A stretch of DNA of 64,000 nt from Alphaproteobacteria bacterium (GTDB taxonomy: Bacteria > Pseudomonadota > Alphaproteobacteria > JAAXGF01). A program made the position numbers and the translations under genes. The notes under the pieces were generated by a model. That model was given only the letters and a program-made list of their open reading frames with translations, was not told the DNA's origin and ran no database searches. Positions within the stretch are counted from its first letter, which is position 1. Every line of letters begins with the position of its first letter. Shown one piece after another: positions 1-9,658 of this stretch. Where the stretch lies: assembly GCA_963555825.3 (NCBI GenBank), contig CAUVXB020000002.1, forward strand, positions 928,001-992,000. Direction: 5' to 3'.

Positions 1-676
<676 letters not shown>

Positions 677-737
677 TTATTTGTGCGATCACCATTACGC
701 GACGCGTAAAGATGACCTGCGCTCAATCGCCGCGCAT

Positions 738-857
738 GCCAGTCTTTATTCCACAAGGCCATTCTTGATCCCACAAGGCCATTCTTGATCCCACAAGGCC
801 ATTCTTGATCCCACAAGGCCATTCTTGATCCCACAAGGCCATTCTTGATCCCACAAG
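738..857. repeat. Tandem repeat of 20-bp unit gccattcttgatcccacaag (1 degenerate + 5 perfect copies)
   Basis: Directly visible. First unit gccagtctttattccacaag has 3 mismatches. The array is enclosed by inverted gccagtc (738-744) and gactggc (858-864). Confidence 0.97.
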
Positions 858-899
858 GACTGGCCGAACGGTCGGCGGCCCCCTCTTGTCCCAATAATA

Positions 900-2070
900 C
901 CAGTGAGCGCCTGAATTGACTCTCGGGATATTCATTGATGGCGGATGATGGCGGATTGTGATTCTATGGTCTCCCACCAGATGTGGGGGATGTCATGGGA
1001 TCAGCACTCAAGATACGGGATGATTTGACGCCTTTGGAGCTTCGGCGCTGGGCTCGCGTGGAATCGTACGGTCGAGCGGCGGCGCGGGCCTATGGGATCG
1101 CGAATGCTTTGGAGGAGATGCCCCGGGCTGATGCCGCGCGGCTTGCGGGGATGGATCGCCAAACGCTTCGCGACGCGGTTGTTCGTTACAATGCAAAGGG
1201 ATTGGAGGGGCTTCACGACCGTCCAAAGGGCTACTCGCCGCGGCGGCTGACGGCAGACGAGGAAGCGGCGCTGGCGGCGGTCATCATCGCCGGGCCGGAG
1301 CCTGAGCGCGACGGGGTTTGCGCCTGGACCCGGGCCGATCTGTGCCGCTGGCTGGAGGAGCGCTTCGCCAAGACCTACCACCCCTCGAGCATGACCCGGG
1401 TTCTACGGCGGATGGGATTTTCCCGCCAGAAGGCGCGCCCGAGCCACCCGCGAAGGGACGCCGAAGCGCAGGAGCGCTTCAAAAAAGGGGGCTTCGCGAC
1501 ATCCTGAAGGCGACCGCCGCGGCGCATCCCGACAAGCGCCTACAGCTGTGGTTTCAGGATGAAGCGCGCGTCGGCAACAAGGGCCGGGTGTGTCACCGGT
1601 GGTGGCGCAGGGGCGAGCGTGCCCCCGGGACGCGTCAAATCGGCTACCAGTGGGCCTACATCTTCTCCGCCGTGCGCCCGGACACCGGCGACGACGTCAC
1701 CCTGGTGATGCCGAGCGTCAACGCCAAGGTCATGGACCTGTTTCTCGCACACTTCGCCGATACCCTGGACCAGGATGCGCACGCCGTCATGATGTGCGAC
1801 GGCGCCGGTTGGCACGACGAGCGCGCCCTCACCGTCCCCGACAACGTCACCTTGGCGCTGTTGCCGCCTTACAGTCCCGAACTCAACCCCGTCGAGCGGG
1901 TTTGGCTCTACCTACGCGAACGCTTCCTATCGCTCCGCGTCCTCGACGACACCGAGGCCATCATCGACGCCTGTTGCCAAGCATGGATCGACCTCATCGC
2001 AGAACCGGATCGTATGCGAACCCTCTGCGCCTATCCATGGATCATGAAGGCGATTTCATAGGCTCACTGG
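900..2070 (+). mobile_element. IS630-family element, type A, copy 1 (1171 bp)
   Basis: Imperfect TIRs ccagtgagcgcctgaatt / atttcataggctcactgg; TA duplicated at 898-899 and 2071-2072; near-identical inverted copy at 13250-14420. Confidence 0.95.
995..2061 (+). CDS. IS630 transposase split in two ORFs (HTH part 995-1507; DDE part ending 2061), joined by a probable -1 frameshift
   Basis: WFQDEAR, CDGAGWH, LPPYSPELNPVERVW; frames overlap at the A6G5 run 1481-1491, present in both copies. Confidence 0.9.
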
Positions 2071-2154
2071 TATAAGACTGGCGCGGGCTGGGGTATTCTG
2101 GCCGATCTCAATCAATCGACTCGGACACGGCGCCGCCGGGTGTTTCTTTTTATA

Positions 2155-2215
2155 ACGGAGTCAGACACCAATATTATAGCTTAATTACCATTGTTTAAAT
2201 GGTGTCTGACCCCGT
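2155..2215. repeat. REP-like inverted repeat with AT-rich spacer
   Basis: acggagtcagacacca (2155-2170) / tggtgtctgaccccgt (2200-2215), 15/16 complementary, 29-bp spacer. Confidence 0.75.
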
Positions 2216-2256
2216 AATTCCAAACCGAGCGACGGTCGCGAATTGTGAACCAGAAC

Positions 2257-3303
2257 CTAGTCGGCCAGGCCCTCACCGCCATTCTCGAAGCCGGTGACGC
2301 CTTTGGTGGTCGAGTACTCCCAGTGCAGCTCCTGGTCGGGGAAGACCAGCGGGTGGATGGCGTGGGCCGCCACCGCGGCCTCGGAGAAGCCGGTCAGGAT
2401 GAGCTTCAGCTTGCCCGGATAGGTGACGATGTCGCCGATCGCGAAGACGGCCGGCACGCTGGTCTGGCTGGTCGACGGGTCGATCGCGATCTGCTTCTTC
2501 TCCAGCGCGAGGCCCCAGTCGGCGATCGGGCCGAGTTCCATCGCGAGACCGTAAAACGGCAGCAGGACGTCGGCGTCGAGGCGCCGCTCGGTGCCCGCCA
2601 GATCGCGCACGACGACCGCCGAGAGCCGGCCGTCCGAGCCCTCGAGCGCGGCGAGCTGGTAGGGCACGACGAGCTCGACGGCGCCCCGATCGGCGAGCCG
2701 CTTGAGCCGTGCGACCATCTCGGGCGCGCCGCGGAACTTGTCGCGCCGGTGCACCACCGAGACCGAGGCGGCGACCTCGGCGAGCGAGAGCGCCCAGTCG
2801 ACCGCCGAATCACCGCCGCCGCCGATCACCACGCGTTTTCCCCGCAAATCCTCGCGCCGGCGCACCATGTAGAAGACGCTGGTGCCCTCGAACTCGGCGA
2901 GGCCGTCGAGCGGCGGTCGGTGCGGCCCGAAGGCGCCGACGCCGGCCGCGACGATCACCGCCCGGCAGTCGATCGTGACGCCTTCCGCCGTGCCGACGCG
3001 CCAGCCGCCATCCCCACGCGGCGCCAGCGTCGCGACCTGCTGGCCCAGGTGAGTGACCGGCGCGAACGGCGCGATCTGCTCGGTCAGCTTGTCGATCAGC
3101 CCGGCGGCGTCGATGCGCGGGTAGCCCGGGATGTCGTAGATCGGCTTCTCGGGATAGAGCGCGTAGCACTGCCCGCCCGGCGCGTCGAGCGCGTCGACGA
3201 CGTGGCAGCGCATGCCCAGCATGCCCGCCTCGAAGACCGCGAACAGGCCGACCGGGCCGGCGCCGACGATGACGATGTCGGTGTGGTGCTGGGCGTCGCT
3301 CAT
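2257..3303 (-). CDS. Ferredoxin--NADP(+) reductase (TrxB-like/YumC-type FAD oxidoreductase)
   Basis: GAGPVG, GGQCYALYPEKPIYDIPG, GGGDSAVDWAL, FAIGDI; no CxxC. Confidence 0.88.
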   Translation of the reverse strand: MSDAQHHTDIVIVGAGPVGLFAVFEAGMLGMRCHVVDALDAPGGQCYALYPEKPIYDIPGYPRIDAAGLIDKLTEQIAPFAPVTHLGQQVATLAPRGDGGWRVGTAEGVTIDCRAVIVAAGVGAFGPHRPPLDGLAEFEGTSVFYMVRRREDLRGKRVVIGGGGDSAVDWALSLAEVAASVSVVHRRDKFRGAPEMVARLKRLADRGAVELVVPYQLAALEGSDGRLSAVVVRDLAGTERRLDADVLLPFYGLAMELGPIADWGLALEKKQIAIDPSTSQTSVPAVFAIGDIVTYPGKLKLILTGFSEAAVAAHAIHPLVFPDQELHWEYSTTKGVTGFENGGEGLAD

Positions 3304-3452
3304 CTCACTCCCCCGGGCGCTTGCCGGCGGCTCCTAACATGGCGGCCGGGCGGGCCGGACGCAAGTCCGCATCGGCGCTGAAAGAAAGCGCTCGCCTGGA
3401 GCGCCCGCGGCGGCTATCCAAGGGCTTGGTCGTTGGCAGGGTGGAGACGAGC

Positions 3453-4172
3453 ATGACCGAGTTCCACAACGCGCTGGGCCAGCCGATCGGCTTCCCGGTC
3501 GAGGGTTGGACGGTGCGGCCGCGGCCGCCCCGGACGGCGATCGAGGGGCGCCATTGCCGGGTCGAGCCGGTCGATCCGGCGCGCCACGCCGCCGATCTCC
3601 ACGCCGCCAACCGCGAGGACACGCAAGACCGCATCTGGACCTATCTCCCCTACGGCCCGTTCGAGACGCTCGACGATTACCGGGCCTGGTTGGAAGCGAC
3701 CTGCCTGGGTGACGATCCGCTGTTCCACGCGATCGTCGATGCCGCGACCGAAAAGGCGGTCGGCGTCGCCAGCTATCTGCGCATCGAGCCGACGGCCGGC
3801 GTCATCGAGACTGGCCACATCAACTACGCGCCCAGGCTGCAGAAGACCGCCGGCGCGACCGAGGCGATGTTCCTGATGATGCGCCGCGTCTTCGACGAGC
3901 TCGGCTACCGGCGTTACGAATGGAAGTGCGACGCGCTCAACGCCGGCTCGCGCGCCGCCGCCGAGCGCCTCGGCTTTACCTTCGAGGGCGTCTTCCGCCA
4001 GGCGACGCTCTACAAGGGGCGCAACCGCGATACCGCCTGGTACGCGGTCACCGACGGCGATTGGCCGGCGATAAAGTCGGCCTTCGAGCGCTGGCTCGAC
4101 GACGCCAACTTCGACGCCGACGGGCGCCAGCGCGAAAGCCTGTCGGTTCTGACGGCGGCGGCGCGCGGCTAG
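3453..4172 (+). CDS. GNAT family N-acetyltransferase (RimJ/RimL-like)
   Basis: LGYRRYEWKCDALNAGSRAAAERLGFTFEG, GRNRDTAWY; GGAG RBS before ATG 3453. Confidence 0.88.
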   Translation: MTEFHNALGQPIGFPVEGWTVRPRPPRTAIEGRHCRVEPVDPARHAADLHAANREDTQDRIWTYLPYGPFETLDDYRAWLEATCLGDDPLFHAIVDAATEKAVGVASYLRIEPTAGVIETGHINYAPRLQKTAGATEAMFLMMRRVFDELGYRRYEWKCDALNAGSRAAAERLGFTFEGVFRQATLYKGRNRDTAWYAVTDGDWPAIKSAFERWLDDANFDADGRQRESLSVLTAAARG

Positions 4173-4197
4173 CCGTCGTGCTAACATTCCGAAAGGA

Positions 4198-4701
4198 ATG
4201 TCGGAAAAAGATACCGCTGTCGAAATCGAGACCGCGCTGCCCGATTTGGCGGCGACGGCGGGCCTCGCCCGCCGCCTCGCGCCCCTGCTGCGCACCGGCG
4301 ACCTGGTCGGCCTCGCCGGCGTGCTCGGCTCAGGCAAGACGACGCTCGCGCGCGACCTCATCGCGGCGCTTTCGGGCCGCGACCGCGAGGTGCCGAGCCC
4401 GACCTTCACCCTGGCGCAGACCTACGACTGCGGCGCGCTCACGGTGTGGCATTTCGACCTCTACCGCATCGAGCGTCCCGCCGAGATCTTCGAGCTCGGC
4501 TTCGAAGATGCGCTCGCTGACGGCGTCACGCTGGTCGAATGGCCCGAGCGCCTCGGCGCGCTGATGCCGGCCGACCATCTGATGATCACGCTGGTCCAGG
4601 GACCGACGGCCGGCGCCCGTGTCGCCCGACTCACCGGCGGCGGTGCCTGGGCCGAACGATTGCGCGGTGCCCGGCTCGACCGTGCCTCGCTCGCCCAATG
4701 A
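4198..4701 (+). CDS. tsaE: tRNA t6A biosynthesis ATPase TsaE
   Basis: GVLGSGKTT, VPSPTFTL, HFDLYRI, VEWPE. Confidence 0.95.
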   Translation: MSEKDTAVEIETALPDLAATAGLARRLAPLLRTGDLVGLAGVLGSGKTTLARDLIAALSGRDREVPSPTFTLAQTYDCGALTVWHFDLYRIERPAEIFELGFEDALADGVTLVEWPERLGALMPADHLMITLVQGPTAGARVARLTGGGAWAERLRGARLDRASLAQ

Positions 4702-5729
4702 GTGAGCGCGATCGGCAGATCGCCGACTTCCTGGCCGGCCACGGCTGGGGCGGGGCCACGCGCCACGCGCTGGCCGGCGATGCCTCGTTCCGGCGCTACG
4801 AACGGCTCGTCGATGGCGATCGCCGCGCCGTGCTGATGGACGCGCCGCCGGATCACGAGGACGTCCGGCCGTTCGTCGCCATCGGGCGCTATCTGCGCGC
4901 CTTGGGCTACAGCGCGCCCGAGATCCGCGCCGCCGACCAAGACGCCGGGCTGCTGCTGCTCGAAGACCTCGGCGACGATCTCTATGCCGACGCGCTCGCC
5001 GCCGGCGCCGACGAGGAAGCGCTCTATGGCGCCGCGGTCGACGTGCTGGTCGATTTGCACGGCGCGCGGCCGACCGGCCCCGGGCCGACCGGCCCCGGGC
5101 CGACCGGCCCCGATGTGCCGGCCTTCGACGACGCCCGGCTGCACCGCGAGGTCGATCGCTTGGTCGAATGGTTCCTGCCCGCCGCCAGCGGCGCCGAGGC
5201 GCCCGAGGCCGTGCGCGACGCCTATACCGAGGCCTGGACGGCGGTGTTCCCGCTGGCCCGCGCCGTGCCCGAGGCGCTGGTGCTGTTCGACTACCACACG
5301 CCCAACCTGATCTGGCTGCCCGAACGCGGCGGGCTGCGCCGCGTCGGCCTGCTCGACTTCCAGGACGCCGTGCGCGGGCCGCTGACCTACGATCTCGTCT
5401 CGCTGCTCGAAGACGCCCGGCGCGATGTGCCCGAGCCGCTCGCCCGCGCGATGGTCGCGCGCTATCTCGACGCCCGGCCCGAACTCGACCGCGCGGCGTT
5501 CGGGGCGGCCTATGCGATCATGGGCGCGCAGCGCAACTGCCGCATCATCGGCACCTTCGCGCGGCTCTGGCGGCGCGACGGCAAGGTCGGCTACCTGGCC
5601 CATTTGCCGCGCGTCTGGCGCTATCTCGAGCACAACCTGACCCATCCGGCGCTGGCGCCGGTCAAGCGCTGGCTCGACGACCGGGTGCCGCCGGCCTGGC
5701 GCGGCGCGGCGCCGTGGGCCGTGACATGA
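4698..5729 (+). CDS. amgK: Aminoglycoside-phosphotransferase-fold sugar kinase (AmgK-like)
   Basis: LAGDASFRRYER, LLEDLGD, DYHTPNL, LDFQDA, YDLVSLL; ATGA overlap with tsaE; upstream of murU. Confidence 0.8.
   Translation: MSERDRQIADFLAGHGWGGATRHALAGDASFRRYERLVDGDRRAVLMDAPPDHEDVRPFVAIGRYLRALGYSAPEIRAADQDAGLLLLEDLGDDLYADALAAGADEEALYGAAVDVLVDLHGARPTGPGPTGPGPTGPDVPAFDDARLHREVDRLVEWFLPAASGAEAPEAVRDAYTEAWTAVFPLARAVPEALVLFDYHTPNLIWLPERGGLRRVGLLDFQDAVRGPLTYDLVSLLEDARRDVPEPLARAMVARYLDARPELDRAAFGAAYAIMGAQRNCRIIGTFARLWRRDGKVGYLAHLPRVWRYLEHNLTHPALAPVKRWLDDRVPPAWRGAAPWAVT
5068..5112 (+). repeat. In-frame 15-bp tandem repeat x3 (PTGPG) within amgK
   Basis: ggccgaccggccccg, three exact copies. Confidence 0.95.
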
Positions 5730-6430
5730 CGGCGGCCATGGTGCTCGCCGCCGGCCGCGGCGAGCGTATGCGCCCGGTCACCGACCGCCTGCCCAAGCCG
5801 CTCGTGCGGGTCGGCGGCAGGCCGTTGATCGATCATGTGCTCGACGGCCTGGCCGCCGCAGGCGTCGCCCGCGCGGTGGTCAATCTGTGGTATCTGGCCG
5901 ACCTGATCGCCACCCATCTGGCCGATCGCACGACGCCCGACATCGTCTTGTCGCGCGAGGCGACCCTGCTCGATACTGGCGGTGGCGTCGCCAAGGCGCT
6001 GCCCGAGCTGGGCCCCGACGCGTTCTACGTGCTGAGCAGCGACGGCCTGTGGCGCGACGGCGCGACGCCCGCCCTGGCGCGGCTCGCCGCCGCCTGGGAC
6101 GATGATGCGATGGATGCTATCCTGCTGCTCCAGCCGATGGCCGACGCGATCGGCTTCGACGGCGCCGGTGATTTCTTCATCGAGCCGGACGGCCGGCTCG
6201 CGCGGCGTGGCGTCGCGGCCAGCGCGCCTTACGCCTATATGAGCATCCAGATGATGCACCCGCGCGCATTCGGCGGCTGCCCGACCGGCGCATTTTCAAA
6301 CAACTGGGTCTGGGACCACGCGCTCGCGGCCGGCCGGCTGTTCGGCCTGGTCCACGACGGCGAATGGTGCCACGTCGGCGATCCCGCCGGCCTCGCCGCC
6401 GCCGACGCCTGGCTCCAGAGCGGGGCTTAG
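5726..6430 (+). CDS. murU: Nucleotidyltransferase (MurU-like)
   Basis: MVLAAGRGERMRPVT..PKPL, LLDTGGG, WCHVG; context between amgK and addB. Confidence 0.8.
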   Translation: MTAAMVLAAGRGERMRPVTDRLPKPLVRVGGRPLIDHVLDGLAAAGVARAVVNLWYLADLIATHLADRTTPDIVLSREATLLDTGGGVAKALPELGPDAFYVLSSDGLWRDGATPALARLAAAWDDDAMDAILLLQPMADAIGFDGAGDFFIEPDGRLARRGVAASAPYAYMSIQMMHPRAFGGCPTGAFSNNWVWDHALAAGRLFGLVHDGEWCHVGDPAGLAAADAWLQSGA

Positions 6431-6432
6431 TA

Positions 6433-6690
6433 CTCACTTGCACAATTCCACGGTACGTAGGACGGTCTTGCGTGGTCGTCCGGCAAGGCGCCCGGTTCGC
6501 CGTGATGCGACACCATCACAAGGGCCGGGCAACGCCGCCGGCGGCCGCGCAAGGCCGCCCTTCGGGTCGCGTTTCCCGTCCCCTCGGGGCGTCGGGAACG
6601 CTCTGCGATGCCAAGGCATCGCCGTCGCGCCCCCGACTGCCGAGGGGACGGGAAACGCGACCCTACGTGCCGTGGAATCGTGCAAGGGAG
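6433..6690. mobile_element. MITE-like element M1 (258 bp)
   Basis: TIRs ctcacttgcacaattccacggtacgtagg / cctacgtgccgtggaatcgtgcaagggag (3 mismatches); TA on both sides; internal perfect 24-bp inverted repeat 6564-6587/6640-6663. Confidence 0.85.
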
Positions 6691-6700
6691 TACTGGGGCG

Positions 6701-9658
6701 ATGACGTTGTCGGTCTCGACCATCCCGCCGGGCGCGCCCTTCGTCGACACGCTGGCCGCCGGCATCCTGGCGTGCCATGGCGGCGATCCTCTCGATCTCG
6801 CCGGGCTCACCGTGCTGCTGCCGACGCGGCGCGCCTGTCTCGCGCTGCGCGACGCCTTCCTGCGCCGCAGCGGCGGGACGGCGCTCCTGCTGCCGCGCAT
6901 CACGCCGCTCGGCGACGTCGACCCCGACGAGATCGAGGCGGCCGCCGACATCGGTGCGGGCGGCGACGCCGACGCCGAGGTGCCGCCGGCGATCTCCGAG
7001 CTGTCGCGCCGCCTGCTGCTCGCCCGGCTGATCCTGGCCTGGGGCGGCGAAAGCGACATGCGCGCCGACCAGGCGGTGCGGCTCGCCGGCGAGCTCGCCG
7101 CGCTGCTCGACCAGGTGCAGACCGCGCGTCTGTCGTTCGACGCGCTCGACGGCCTGGTGCCCGACGACTACGCCGCGCACTGTCAGCACACGCTCGACTT
7201 CCTCAAGATCGTCACCGCCGCGTGGCCCGCGCTGCTCGCCGAGCGTGGCCTGATCGACCCGGCGGTACGCCGCGACACGATGCTCGGCCGGCTCGCCGAG
7301 CGCTGGCGCGCGGCGCCGCCCGCCGATCCGGTGATCGCTGCCGGCTCGACCGGCAGCATCCCGGCGACCGCCGATCTGCTGGCGGTCATCGCGAATTTGC
7401 CGGCCGGCGAGGTCGTGCTGCCCGGCCTCGAGCGCGACGCCGACGAGGCGAGTTGGGAGGCGCTCGACGAGAGCCACCCGCAGTACGGCCTCAAACGCCT
7501 CATTGAGCATATCGGCATCGACCGCGACCGGGTCGCCGACTGGCCACTTTACGACGATATCGCGGCCAGCCACCCGGCGCGCGCCGCGCTCATTGCCGCC
7601 GCGTTGCGCCCGGCCGAGACGACCGACGCCTGGCGCGATATGCCGGCGCCGCCCGACGCCGCCTTCGACGGCCTCGAGCGCATCGACTGTCCCGGCGCGC
7701 GCGAGGAGACCGGCGTCATCGCGCTCAAGCTGCGCGAGGCGTTGGAGCATGAGGGCCGCAGCGCCGCGCTGGTGACGCGCGACCGCGGCCTCGCCCGGCG
7801 CGTCGCCGCCGAGCTCGGCCGCTGGGGCGTCGCGCTCGACGATTCGGGCGGCCAGCCGCTCGCCGACACGGCGCCCGGGAGTTTCCTGCGGCTGGCCGCG
7901 CAGCTCGTCGCCGCGCGCGCCGCGCCGCTCGCCCTGCTCGCCGCGCTCAAGCATCCGCTCGCCGCCGGTGGCCGGGCGCCGGGCCGGTTCCGCGCGCGGG
8001 TCCGCGCGCTCGAACACGCGGTGCTGCGCGGGCCGCGGCCCGAGGCCGGCTTCGCGGGCGTCGCCCGTGCGCTCGCCGCGGCCAAGGCGCCGGTCGGGCT
8101 GCGCAAATTCTTCGACGCCATCGCCGATGCCGCCGCGCCGTTCGCCGAGGCGATGGCGCAGCCCTCGGTCGGGCTCGGCGAGATCGCGCGCGCCCATCTC
8201 GGCTTCGCCGAGTGGCTCGCCACCAGCGACGCCGAGCCCGGCGCCGAGCGGCTGTGGCGCGGCGACGCCGGCGAGGCCGCCGCGGCGTTCTTCACCGAGC
8301 TCGCCGAGGACGCCGGCGTGCTGCCGCCGATCGCCGGGCGCGACTATCCAACGCTGCTCGACCGATTGGTCGAGACGCGCGTCGTGCGGCCGCGCTTCGG
8401 CCGCCATCCCAGACTGCACATCTGGGGCCCGCTGGAGGCTCGCCTGCAGCACGCCGACGTGATGATCCTGGGCGGCCTAAACGAGGCCAGCTGGCCGCCC
8501 GAACCGGCCGCCGACCCGTGGCTCAGCCGGCCGATGCGCGCCCGCTTCGGCCTGCCCGCGCACGAGCGCCGCATCGGCCTCGCGGCGCATGACTTCGCGC
8601 AATGCGCGGCGGCGCCCAATGTGGTGCTGAGCCGCGCCGAGAAGATCGAGGGCACGCCGACCGTGCCGTCGCGCTGGCTGGCGCGGCTCGGTACGCTGGT
8701 CGAGGGCTGGGGGCGCGCCGAGCGCATCGCGGGCGCGCCGGCGTGGCTCGCTTGGCACGCCGCGCTCGACCGGCCCGATGCAGTGCGCCCCGCACCGCCG
8801 CCGGCGCCCTGCCCGCCGGTCGGCGCGCGGCCGCGCCAACTCTCGGTCACCGCGATCGAGACCTGGCTGCGCGATCCGTATGCCATCTATGCCCAACGGA
8901 TTCTCAAGCTCCGGCGGCTCGACCCGATCGACGCCGACCCCGGCGCCGCCGACCGCGGCACCATCATCCACGAGGCGCTCGACCACTTCGTCTCGGCGTT
9001 CGACGGGGCGCTGCCCGACGACGCGCTGACCCGGCTGGTCGACTTCGGCCGCGCGGCGTTCGAGCCGTTCGGTGATCGCCCCGGGGTCGTGGCCTTCTGG
9101 TGGCCCCGGTTCGAGCGTATCGCCAAATGGTTCATCGCCGAGGAAAGCGCGCGTCGCGCCGCGCTGCGGGCGCTCGCCAGCGAGGTCGCCGGGCGGCTCG
9201 AGATCGCCGCGCCGGCGGGGCCGTTCACCCTGACTGCCAAGGCCGACCGGATCGAGCGCCGCGCCGACGGCACGCTTGCGATCATCGATTACAAGACCGG
9301 CGTCGTGCCGAGCACCGCCGAGGTCGAAGCCGGCCTCGCGCCGCAACTGTCGCTCGAGGCGGCGATCGCCGCGGCCGGTGGCTTCGAGGACATTGCCGCG
9401 GCGGCGGTCGGCGAGCTCGCCTACTGGCGGCTCACTGGGGCCGAGCAGGCCGGCGAGATCAAGCCGGTCAAGGCCGACGCCATGGCGCTCGCCCGGGACG
9501 CCGAGGCCGGCTTGCGGGCGCTGATCGCCAGGTTCGACGATCCGGCGACACCGTATCTCGCGCGGCCCGATGCGGCGCGCGCGCCGCGCTTCAGCGACTA
9601 CGAACACTTGGCGCGCGTCAAGGAATGGTCCGACCCGGCGCGCGGCGAGGAGACCTGA
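6701..9658 (+). CDS. addB: Double-strand break repair protein AddB
   Basis: TIPPGAPFVDTLA, LLPTRRA, AGSTGS, C-terminal PD-(D/E)xK nuclease (ADRIE..IIDYKTG), DYEHLARVKEW. Confidence 0.95.
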   Translation: MTLSVSTIPPGAPFVDTLAAGILACHGGDPLDLAGLTVLLPTRRACLALRDAFLRRSGGTALLLPRITPLGDVDPDEIEAAADIGAGGDADAEVPPAISELSRRLLLARLILAWGGESDMRADQAVRLAGELAALLDQVQTARLSFDALDGLVPDDYAAHCQHTLDFLKIVTAAWPALLAERGLIDPAVRRDTMLGRLAERWRAAPPADPVIAAGSTGSIPATADLLAVIANLPAGEVVLPGLERDADEASWEALDESHPQYGLKRLIEHIGIDRDRVADWPLYDDIAASHPARAALIAAALRPAETTDAWRDMPAPPDAAFDGLERIDCPGAREETGVIALKLREALEHEGRSAALVTRDRGLARRVAAELGRWGVALDDSGGQPLADTAPGSFLRLAAQLVAARAAPLALLAALKHPLAAGGRAPGRFRARVRALEHAVLRGPRPEAGFAGVARALAAAKAPVGLRKFFDAIADAAAPFAEAMAQPSVGLGEIARAHLGFAEWLATSDAEPGAERLWRGDAGEAAAAFFTELAEDAGVLPPIAGRDYPTLLDRLVETRVVRPRFGRHPRLHIWGPLEARLQHADVMILGGLNEASWPPEPAADPWLSRPMRARFGLPAHERRIGLAAHDFAQCAAAPNVVLSRAEKIEGTPTVPSRWLARLGTLVEGWGRAERIAGAPAWLAWHAALDRPDAVRPAPPPAPCPPVGARPRQLSVTAIETWLRDPYAIYAQRILKLRRLDPIDADPGAADRGTIIHEALDHFVSAFDGALPDDALTRLVDFGRAAFEPFGDRPGVVAFWWPRFERIAKWFIAEESARRAALRALASEVAGRLEIAAPAGPFTLTAKADRIERRADGTLAIIDYKTGVVPSTAEVEAGLAPQLSLEAAIAAAGGFEDIAAAAVGELAYWRLTGAEQAGEIKPVKADAMALARDAEAGLRALIARFDDPATPYLARPDAARAPRFSDYEHLARVKEWSDPARGEET

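Larger units (their letters stand above)
687..2125 (-). repeat. Structured intergenic repeat family SR, copy 1 (interrupted by a tandem array and an IS630)
   Basis: Shares cgctcaatcgccgcgcatgc...gccgaacggtcggcggccc...cgcgggctgg (+ strand reading) with copies at 18982, 50031 and 62805. Strand inferred from the GNRA loops in the other copies; ends approximate. Confidence 0.8.

Noticed and set aside
738-857. 20-bp repeats as a CRISPR array or plasmid iterons
   Set aside because: Units are head-to-tail with no spacers; no cas or rep gene in the window.
1481-1491. Split IS630-A transposase as a pseudogene
   Set aside because: The same A6G5 overlap is in both copies, and two-ORF frameshifted IS630 elements are established.
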